Positions 15,715 through 22,525 of a DNA stretch of 32,000 nt are shown piece after piece. This stretch comes from Candidatus Bipolaricaulota bacterium (lineage in GTDB: Bacteria > Bipolaricaulota > Bipolaricaulia > Bipolaricaulales > Bipolaricaulaceae). The notes under the pieces are model-generated. The model ran no database searches and was not told the DNA's origin. It was given only the letters and a program-made list of their open reading frames with translations. How positions within the stretch are numbered: position 1 is the stretch's first letter; every line of letters begins with the position of its first letter. The stretch is taken from assembly GCA_025060415.1 (NCBI GenBank), contig JANXBT010000001.1, forward strand, positions 36,313-68,312, in the 5' to 3' direction. The translations under genes were made by a program, and so were the position numbers.

Positions 15715-16467
15715 ATGTTCATGCGGCTTGAGGGGAAGGTTGCGCTCGTCACAGGAGCTAGCCGAGGCATAGGAAGGGCTATCGCTCTGGCATTGGCTAA
15801 AGAGGGATGTGACGTGGTCCTCGTGGACTTGGATGAGCCCGCTGCCCAACGCGTAGCGCGGGAGGTGGAAACCCTGGGAAGGAGAGCGCTTCCGGTGAAA
15901 GCAAACGTTGCTTCCTTGGCCGACGTTCAACGAGCGGTTGCTTTGACCGTGGAAAAATTTGGAAGACTTGACATCCTCGTGAACAACGCGGGGATTATTA
16001 AGCGGGGTACGCTCGAAGATCATAGTGATGCGGATTGGGAACTCGTGATCTCCGTCAACCTGCGCGGGACTTACTATTTTTCCCGTGAGGCCGCGAAGAT
16101 CATGAAACGCCAAGGATGGGGACGCATTATTAACATTTCCTCCGTAGCCGGAAAAATTGGAGATATTACCTCAGCGCCCAGCTATGGTCCCTCCAAAGCA
16201 GCTGTGAATGCCCTGACCAAGTCGCTGGCCAGGGAGCTTGCCCCCTTTGGGATCACCGTGAACGCGGTTGCTCCTCATGCCATCGAGACGGAAATGACGG
16301 CCGAGTGGTCGGAAGAACGAAGGCGGGCCTTAATCGCACAAATTCCTTTGGGGCGCATGGGGAAGCCCGAAGAAGTAGCAGCGGCTGTGGTTTTCTTGGC
16401 GTCCCCGGAGGCCTCCTTCATTACGGGGGAGATCCTCGATGTGAACGGGGGGTATCTCATGGACTGA
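15715..16467 (+). CDS. classical SDR oxidoreductase (FabG/KduD-like), substrate unknown
   Basis: 250 aa. TGASRGIG, NNAG, and catalytic S...YGPSK. The start could be ATG 15721. Confidence 0.85.
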   Translation: MFMRLEGKVALVTGASRGIGRAIALALAKEGCDVVLVDLDEPAAQRVAREVETLGRRALPVKANVASLADVQRAVALTVEKFGRLDILVNNAGIIKRGTLEDHSDADWELVISVNLRGTYYFSREAAKIMKRQGWGRIINISSVAGKIGDITSAPSYGPSKAAVNALTKSLARELAPFGITVNAVAPHAIETEMTAEWSEERRRALIAQIPLGRMGKPEEVAAAVVFLASPEASFITGEILDVNGGYLMD

Positions 16468-16482
16468 GGTAGGTGAGGCCAG

Positions 16483-17289
16483 ATGCGCGGGTTGCGGGGG
16501 AAGGTTGCGGTGATTACTGGCGGCGGTGGAGTCCTTTGCTCGCAGATCGCGGAGTGTTTGGCTGAGGAGGGCGTGCGCATTGCCTTGTTGGACATCGCCG
16601 AGGAGAAAACGCAAGAGGCTCTACGGCGGGTGTTAGCCAAAGGAGCCGAGGGCTTGGCTTTTAGAGCGAGCGTTCTTTCCCGTGAGGATCTCATACGGGT
16701 AGCTGAACAGGTTTTGGCCTCCTTCGGTCGCGTCGATTTCCTCATTAACGGAGCCGGCGGGAATCACCCGCGCGGCACAGTTACCGACGAGGTTTCCTTT
16801 TTTGATCTTCCCGAGGATGGCGTGCGGTTCGTTTTCGACCTGAACTTTTGGGGCACATTTCTGCCTTCGCAAGTTTTCGGGAAGATTATGGCTCATCAAA
16901 AAGAAGGGGTGATTCTCAACATCGCCTCCATGAGCTCGTTCCGACCGCTGACGCGGGTCCCGGCCTACTCTGCGGCCAAAGCTGCAGTAGCCAATTTCAC
17001 CCAGTGGCTGGCCGTTTACTTGGCGCAGGAGTATTCTCCTCGGATTCGCGTGGTTGCCATCGCGCCAGGTTTTTTCTTGACCGAGCAGAACAAATATCTG
17101 CTCTTAGGTCCGCAAGGGGAGCTGACGGAACGCGGTCAGAGGATCCTCGCCCACACCCCTATGGGGCGGTTCGGGGCTCCAGTCGATCTTTGCGGTGCCG
17201 TGAAGTGGTTACTGTCGGACGAAGCGGCCTTTGTGACCGGAATTGTGCTCCCCGTGGACGGCGGGTTTTCCGCGTACGGCGGAGTTTAG
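16483..17289 (+). CDS. SDR oxidoreductase, UxuB/YjmF-like subfamily (possible hexuronate/mannonate-type oxidoreductase)
   Basis: 268 aa. TGGGGVLC glycine-rich loop, INGAGGNHP, YSAAK. From memory, the INGAGGN...FFDL...DLNFxGTFLPSQVF pattern resembles SDR-type D-mannonate oxidoreductases. Not verified by search. Confidence 0.75.
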   Translation: MRGLRGKVAVITGGGGVLCSQIAECLAEEGVRIALLDIAEEKTQEALRRVLAKGAEGLAFRASVLSREDLIRVAEQVLASFGRVDFLINGAGGNHPRGTVTDEVSFFDLPEDGVRFVFDLNFWGTFLPSQVFGKIMAHQKEGVILNIASMSSFRPLTRVPAYSAAKAAVANFTQWLAVYLAQEYSPRIRVVAIAPGFFLTEQNKYLLLGPQGELTERGQRILAHTPMGRFGAPVDLCGAVKWLLSDEAAFVTGIVLPVDGGFSAYGGV

Positions 17290-17290
17290 G

Positions 17291-18286
17291 CTAACAAGGG
17301 CGAAACCGCTCGGCCAACGCGCGGTTCACCAGCCCAACGGGCAAGAGGCCGTGAAGCGCGCGCCCGATGTCTTCTGCCAGTTTTTTACGCAGTTCCACCA
17401 AAGAGTCCTCGGAGTACCAAGCGGCGTGCGGTGACCAGAGCACTTGGGGCAAGGTCCGCAGCGGGTCTTTGGGATCAGGGGGTTCCGGATCGCTTACGTC
17501 TAAACAAGCACCCGCAAGGGTTCCGGCCTTAAGGGCCTGGAACAAAGCGTCTTTGTCGACAATTGCCCCGCGTGCCGTGTTGATTAAACACGCTGTGGGT
17601 TTCATCTTGGCCAGCGCCTCGGCGTTGAGTAAATGGCGCGTTTCCGGGGTGAGCGGGACGTGGATTGAAAGGAAATCGCTTTCGCGAAGCAAGCGTTCCC
17701 AATCAACACGCTCCACGCCTTCCGCAGCGAAACTTTCGTCGGACACATACGGATCGTAAGCGATAACCTTCAGCCCAAAAGCTTTCGCCTTACGCGCTAC
17801 GAAGCGGGCAATCTTTCCAAAACCCAAGAGGCCAAGTACCTGACCGCGCAGACGGCGCATGGGACGCCCTGTCTTCCAATCCCATTCCCCTTTGCGAATC
17901 TCTTCCGTGTAGTGGACTACTCTTCGCGCCCAAGCTAGGAGAAAAGCCATAACATGGTCCGAGACCTCCTCTTCGCAGTAAGACGGCACATTGACTACGG
18001 CAATCCCCCGTTCCGTGGCAGCCGGCACATCGATGTTGTCTACGCCGATGCCGTACCGGCCTATTACCTTGCATCGGTTCAAACCCCAAATGACGTCCCG
18101 TGTTATGGGGGCGTACTGCGAGATAAGGGCGTCGGCTTCCCGTGCTACAGCAAGGACTTCCTCAGGGGTTCGGCATTGCGCAGGCACCACTTGTGCGTTC
18201 CACTGCCTTAGCGTGTTTTCCTCGATGGATAAATCCGGATAGTTGTAGTCCGTAACTATCACCGTCCACCGCATCGGTCCAGCCAT
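17291..18286 (-). CDS. D-isomer-specific 2-hydroxyacid dehydrogenase family (CtBP/GhrB/2-ketogluconate reductase-like)
   Basis: 331 aa. NAD site GLLGFGKIARFVARKA, INTARGAIVD, and a catalytic HAAW region. The start could be ATG 18274. The stop lies 1 nt from the convergent SDR stop. Confidence 0.85.
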   Translation of the reverse strand: MAGPMRWTVIVTDYNYPDLSIEENTLRQWNAQVVPAQCRTPEEVLAVAREADALISQYAPITRDVIWGLNRCKVIGRYGIGVDNIDVPAATERGIAVVNVPSYCEEEVSDHVMAFLLAWARRVVHYTEEIRKGEWDWKTGRPMRRLRGQVLGLLGFGKIARFVARKAKAFGLKVIAYDPYVSDESFAAEGVERVDWERLLRESDFLSIHVPLTPETRHLLNAEALAKMKPTACLINTARGAIVDKDALFQALKAGTLAGACLDVSDPEPPDPKDPLRTLPQVLWSPHAAWYSEDSLVELRKKLAEDIGRALHGLLPVGLVNRALAERFRPC

Positions 18287-18297
18287 GGTGTGGGCGC

Positions 18298-18326
18298 TTT
18301 ATACTTTAAAAGGCCTGTTTTGTCAA
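18298..18326 (-). promoter_or_regulatory. consensus-like promoter for the 2-hydroxyacid dehydrogenase gene
   Basis: Read on the minus strand: TTGACA (18326..18321), a 17-nt spacer, then TATAAA (18303..18298). The ATG at 18286 would leave only a few nt of leader and there is no SD. Confidence 0.55.
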
Positions 18327-18345
18327 GGGCAAAAGGAGGCTAGAA

Positions 18346-19113
18346 GTGTTGCGGCTTGACTTGACGGGAAAAGTCGCCATAGTGACCGGGGCGGGCGGGG
18401 GGCTGGGGCGGGCAATGGCCCTTGGTCTGGCGCAAGCCGGGGCCGCTGTGGTTCTGGTGGGCCGTTCTGGGTTGGGTCTTGAGGAAACCCTCCGAGAAAT
18501 CCAGGCCTTGGGTCGTCCGGGCTTGGCCCTGCGCGCTGATGTTGCCATCCGAAATGAGACGAAGCGTGTGGTCCAAACCGCGCTGGAACGCTTTTCCCGC
18601 GTGGACATCGTGGTGAATGCCGCCGGGGTTAACCGGCGCATCCCCTCGCTCGAGGTGCGTGAAGAGGACTGGGATTGGATTCTGGGGGTAAACCTTAAAG
18701 GGACGTTCTTTATGTGTCAAGCCGCGGGAGAGGTGATGCTGCGCCAGAGAGCAGGGAGCATTATTAATGTCGCCTCGCTTCTTTCCGAAGTAGGGATACC
18801 CACGCTGGCTCCGTACGCGGCTTCGAAAGCAGGGGTGGTCGGGCTCACCCGCGTATTGGCCGCGGAATGGGGGCCTTATGGGGTCCGGGTGAACGCGATA
18901 GGGCCGGGCTACTTCCGTACACGGATGACGGAGCCTTTGTTCAGCGACCCCCACTGGGTGGCAAGGCTTCTGCAGCAAGTACCATTAGGGCGTGCCGGGA
19001 TACCTGAGGATTTGGTGGGAATCACGGTTTTTCTGGCCTCCGACGCGTCGGCCTACCTCACCGGACAAGTGATCTACGTGGATGGCGGCTACTTATGCGC
19101 CCGCCCGGCCTAG
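18346..19113 (+). CDS. SDR oxidoreductase, KduD/gluconate-5-dehydrogenase-like
   Basis: 255 aa. TGAGGGLG, NAAG, YAASK, and a W..ILGVNLKGTFF pattern. AAGGAGG lies 6 nt upstream of GTG 18346. Confidence 0.85.
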   Translation: MLRLDLTGKVAIVTGAGGGLGRAMALGLAQAGAAVVLVGRSGLGLEETLREIQALGRPGLALRADVAIRNETKRVVQTALERFSRVDIVVNAAGVNRRIPSLEVREEDWDWILGVNLKGTFFMCQAAGEVMLRQRAGSIINVASLLSEVGIPTLAPYAASKAGVVGLTRVLAAEWGPYGVRVNAIGPGYFRTRMTEPLFSDPHWVARLLQQVPLGRAGIPEDLVGITVFLASDASAYLTGQVIYVDGGYLCARPA

Positions 19114-19136
19114 GTTTTTTCTAAAACAAACAAAGA

Positions 19137-19164
19137 TTGACTAAAACGTAGAATGGGATATAAT
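19137..19164 (+). promoter_or_regulatory. candidate promoter upstream of (or within the annotated 5' end of) eda
   Basis: TTGACT (19137-19142), a 16-nt spacer, then TATAAT (19159-19164). The -10 lies downstream of ATG 19153 but upstream of GAGGAGG (19171-19177) and the in-frame TTG 19183. Confidence 0.45.
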
Positions 19165-19827
19165 GCTTTTGAGGAGGGAAAGTTGCGCGAGGTATTGGCG
19201 GACGAGGAGATCAAGCGTACAGGCGCTATCGGGATAATTCGTATACGTACGGCAGAGGACCTGGTAAGAATAGCCGAGGCCCTCCACGCTGGGGGGCTTT
19301 TATGCATCGAGATCACGATGAACACCCCGGGGGCGTTGCAGGCCATCGAACAGGCCCGGGAACGCCTCCCCACCGTGGTGCTGGGGGCCGGCACGGTCCT
19401 CGACGGGGTGACCGCGCGGGAGGCGGTTCTGGCCGGAGCCCAGTTCTTGGTGACCCCGACCGTCAGGCTGGACGTCCTAGAAGTGGCTCATAGGTACGGC
19501 ATCCCTGCTATCATCGGCGCGATGACCCCCACGGAGATCCTCACCGCTTGGGAGGCCGGGGCCACCATGGTCAAGGTTTTCCCCGCTTCGGTCCTCGGGC
19601 CGCGGTACCTCCAAGAGGTGCGCGGGCCTTTGCCCCAAATCCCGCTCGTGCCCACGGGCGGCATCACAGCCGAAAACGCGGCGGAATTCATTCGCGCTGG
19701 GGCCGTAGCTGTCTGCGCCGGGTCCTGGCTTATTGATAAACAGGCCATCGCCGAGGGGCGATACGAGGTGCTCACGGAGCGCGCACGTCGCCTGGTGGAG
19801 GCGGTCCGGAAGGCCCGCGAATCTTGA
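19153..19827 (+). CDS. eda: 2-dehydro-3-deoxyphosphogluconate (KDPG) / KHG aldolase
   Basis: Pattern IGIIRIRTAEDLVRIAEALHAGGLLCIEITMNTPGAL...GAGTV...FLVTP...G...VKVFPA...PTGGI is typical of the Eda family, including the Schiff-base Lys context VKVFP. The true start may be TTG 19183 (SD-supported). Confidence 0.85.
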   Translation: MGYNAFEEGKLREVLADEEIKRTGAIGIIRIRTAEDLVRIAEALHAGGLLCIEITMNTPGALQAIEQARERLPTVVLGAGTVLDGVTAREAVLAGAQFLVTPTVRLDVLEVAHRYGIPAIIGAMTPTEILTAWEAGATMVKVFPASVLGPRYLQEVRGPLPQIPLVPTGGITAENAAEFIRAGAVAVCAGSWLIDKQAIAEGRYEVLTERARRLVEAVRKARES

Positions 19828-19844
19828 ATTCCCAAGGAGGCGGT

Positions 19845-20834
19845 ATGGGGTACGACCTTGTGACCTTCGGGGAGACGATGATCCGGCTTTCCCCTCCCCA
19901 CTTCCAGCGCTTGGAGCAGGCCACGTCCTTCGACGTCAACGTCGGGGGGGCCGAGCTCAACGTGGCCGTGTCCGCCCAGAGGTTAGGGCTTCGCTGCGCC
20001 TACGTAACCCGGCTCACCGATAACCCCTTGGGCCGCATGATCGCCAACAAGGCCCGCGAGCACGGTGTGGACGTTTCTCACATCCTCTGGACCAAAGAGG
20101 ATCGGGTTGGGCTTTACTTCGTGGAGTTCGGCGCCAGCCCCCGCGCCAGTTCCGTCCTCTACGACCGGGCCCACTCCGCAATGGCGAGGATCAAGCCCGG
20201 CGAGGTGAACTGGGATCGCGTGTTCGAGGGAGCCCGGGCGTTCCACACCACGGGGATCACCCCCGCCCTCTCCCCTTCCGCCGCGGAGGCCACCAAAGAG
20301 GCGGTGCGAAAGGCCAAGGAAAAAGGGGTGTTGGTCTCCCTCGACCTCAACTACCGTGCGCGCCTGTGGAGCCCTGAGGAAGCCCGGCGGGTGATGACCG
20401 AGCTCGTCTCCCAGGCGGACATCCTCATCACCACCGAAGAGGATGCGGAACGGGTGTTCGGGGTGAAGGAAGGGTCCTTTGAGAAGATGGCGGAACGGCT
20501 GGGGCAGATGTTTGGCAACCTGAAGGTTGTGGCCGTCACGATCCGGGAAACGCCCTCCGTGTGGCGCAACACGTGGACGGCCTTGGCCTACAGCGCAGGC
20601 CGGATCCTTCGCGGCCCGGTTTTTGACGTGGAAATTGTGGACCGCGTGGGAGCAGGCGACGCCTTCGCCGGCGGATTCCTCTACGGCTACCTCACCAAAG
20701 ACGTGGAGGCCGGGCTCCAATACGGGGTGGCCCTCTCCGCGCTGAAGCAGACCAACCCCGGGGACCTCGTCTGGGCCACCAAAGAGGAGTGCGAACGGAT
20801 CCTGGCCGGAGCGGGGTTGCGGATCGTGCGCTGA
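19845..20834 (+). CDS. kdgK: 2-dehydro-3-deoxygluconokinase (PfkB family)
   Basis: 329 aa. GGAELNVAV, the [15 protein letters not shown] pattern and [20 protein letters not shown] lies 4 nt upstream of ATG 19845, so the track start at 19824 (TTG) is rejected. Confidence 0.85.
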   Translation: MGYDLVTFGETMIRLSPPHFQRLEQATSFDVNVGGAELNVAVSAQRLGLRCAYVTRLTDNPLGRMIANKAREHGVDVSHILWTKEDRVGLYFVEFGASPRASSVLYDRAHSAMARIKPGEVNWDRVFEGARAFHTTGITPALSPSAAEATKEAVRKAKEKGVLVSLDLNYRARLWSPEEARRVMTELVSQADILITTEEDAERVFGVKEGSFEKMAERLGQMFGNLKVVAVTIRETPSVWRNTWTALAYSAGRILRGPVFDVEIVDRVGAGDAFAGGFLYGYLTKDVEAGLQYGVALSALKQTNPGDLVWATKEECERILAGAGLRIVR

Positions 20835-20844
20835 GGAGAAGGGG

Positions 20845-21588
20845 ATGAGGATCGTTCGCTTTGGCCGGGGAAGCTGGGGTGTGGTGGAAGGGGAAGTGGT
20901 GCGCGTCACCCGTGGGCCAGGCGGGAGCTTCACAAGGAAGCGCCTCCCCCTCGCGGAGGTGCGGCTCCTCCCCCCCACCAAGCCCACCAAGATCGTCTGT
21001 GTGGGGCGCAACTACCGCCGGCACGCGCAGGAGATGGGCGAGGAGGTGCCCAAGGAGCCCGGGCTCTTCCTCAAGGCCCCGAATGCGCTGGCGGCGCCGG
21101 GCTCGATCCTCCCCTATCCTTCCTTCACGCACAGCCTTCACTACGAGGGCGAGCTCGCGGTGGTGGTGGGCAAAAGGATGCGCCGCGTCTCCGAGGACAA
21201 AGCCCTCGCGTATGTTCTTGGCTACACATGCGCCCTGGACCTCACCGCCCGCGATGTGCAAAAGACCGATCTCCAATGGATTCGCGCCAAGTCCGCCGAT
21301 GGGTTTTGCCCCCTTGGCCCCTGGGTGGAGACGGACGTCGCCCCGTTTGACTTGCGCTTGCGCACCTTCGTGAACGGCGAGGTGCGCCAGGATGCCCGCA
21401 CTTCGGCCATGATCTTTTCCATTCCCTTCCTGCTCGCGTACGTCAGCTCGTTCATGACGCTCGAGCCCGGGGATGTCCTCCTCACGGGCACCCCGGAGGG
21501 GGTGGGCGAGCTGAAGCCGGGCGATGAGGTGGCCGTAGAGATCGAGGGCATCGGGAGGCTTTCCGTTCGCGTCGCCCCCGCCTCCTGA
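20845..21588 (+). CDS. fumarylacetoacetate hydrolase (FAH) family protein (hydratase/decarboxylase/diketo-acid hydrolase type)
   Basis: 247 aa. [43 protein letters not shown] and [13 protein letters not shown] are hallmark FAH-domain blocks. AGGAGAAGGGG sits upstream. Confidence 0.85.
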   Translation: MRIVRFGRGSWGVVEGEVVRVTRGPGGSFTRKRLPLAEVRLLPPTKPTKIVCVGRNYRRHAQEMGEEVPKEPGLFLKAPNALAAPGSILPYPSFTHSLHYEGELAVVVGKRMRRVSEDKALAYVLGYTCALDLTARDVQKTDLQWIRAKSADGFCPLGPWVETDVAPFDLRLRTFVNGEVRQDARTSAMIFSIPFLLAYVSSFMTLEPGDVLLTGTPEGVGELKPGDEVAVEIEGIGRLSVRVAPAS

Positions 21589-21628
21589 CCGGGGGCCCGT
21601 TGTCGGTAAAATTCGCCCTCGTTCGGCC

Positions 21629-22525
21629 ATGGGCAGGTGGCTTTTCTGCCTCGGTTTGCTCCTCGTGGCCTGCGCGGGCGCTGCGGAGCCGGTACGGGTT
21701 TACGTGGGCGTCTACGTGCTGAACCTGGGGAAGTTCGAGCTCGCCACCGGGGCGTACACGGTGGACTTCTACCTGTCCCTGCGGGCGGAGCGGCCCATCA
21801 CCATGGACGAGTTCGAGTTCATGAACGGGCGTGCGGCCACCATCGATCGGCTCATCGATACGCCGACGGAGAAGTTCTACCGCATCCAGGCCAACCTCTC
21901 GCAAAATTTGGATTTGCGCCGCTACCCCTTCGATGAGCATCTCTTGACCATCGAGATCGAAGACAAACGCCGCACGGTCAACGAGCTCGTCTACGTGGTG
22001 GACGAAAAGGCCTGTGGGGTTGACCCCGGCGTGATCGTGGTGGGCTGGCGCCTCGCGGGCTGGGAGGCCACGGTGACCACGCACGAGTACACGATCTACG
22101 AGGAAACCTACTCGCGGTTCGTGTTCGGCCTCCGTATCCGGAGGGTTACGCTCAACGCCGTGATCAAATCGTTCCTCCCCATCGTCTGCATGCTCCTGGT
22201 GGGGTTCCTTTCCCTCCTCCTTACGCCGGACAAGGTCACCACACGGCTCTCCCTGAACATCTCCACGCTCCTGGGGGCCGTGATGTTCCACGTGAACCTG
22301 ACCTCCTCCATCCCGCCCGTGGGCTACCTCACCCTGGCCGACCGGGTCATGATCGCCACCTATTTGATCCTGGTCCTGATCCTGCTGAGCGGGGTGGCGA
22401 TCCTCCGCTGGGCGGAGCGGGAGGAGAAGAAAGCCCAAGTCAAGCGCATCTATCACCAGGCCCTGGCGGCGATCCCCGTGCTCACCGTGGTCCTCTACGC
22501 CCTGGTGTTCCTGCTCCCGAGCTAG
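21629..22525 (+). CDS. prokaryotic pentameric ligand-gated ion channel (Cys-loop receptor) homologue
   Basis: 298 aa: signal peptide, a ~150-aa beta-rich ectodomain (VYVGVYVLNLGKFELATGAYTVDFYLSL; YPFDEHLLTIEIE, cf. the FPFD loop), then four TM segments. M1 is LNAVIKSFLPIVCMLLVGFL with the conserved Pro. M2 is RLSLNISTLLGAVMF with a Leu at the 9' position. M3 and M4 are joined by a short linker. Motif-level call only. Confidence 0.65.
   Translation: MGRWLFCLGLLLVACAGAAEPVRVYVGVYVLNLGKFELATGAYTVDFYLSLRAERPITMDEFEFMNGRAATIDRLIDTPTEKFYRIQANLSQNLDLRRYPFDEHLLTIEIEDKRRTVNELVYVVDEKACGVDPGVIVVGWRLAGWEATVTTHEYTIYEETYSRFVFGLRIRRVTLNAVIKSFLPIVCMLLVGFLSLLLTPDKVTTRLSLNISTLLGAVMFHVNLTSSIPPVGYLTLADRVMIATYLILVLILLSGVAILRWAEREEKKAQVKRIYHQALAAIPVLTVVLYALVFLLPS

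Larger units (their letters stand above)
11669..19300. other. compositionally distinct low-GC block (candidate horizontally acquired catabolic island)
   Basis: Hand GC counts of 60-nt lines inside the block: 40% (line 12601), 55% (14041), 52% (16081), 53% (17701), 45% (18661). Outside: 80% (1081), 62% (8101), 82% (25201). The left edge is at the thrS stop and the right edge is ~150 nt inside eda. Boundaries are approximate. Confidence 0.65.

Noticed and set aside
11669-19300. Mobile-element hallmarks at the borders of the low-GC block (integrase, transposase, tRNA target, direct repeats).
   Set aside because: None were found by eye. The nearest tRNAs are 4 kb away and separated from the block by dnaA, oriC, dciA and thrS. 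It is therefore reported as a compositional island and not as a mobile element.
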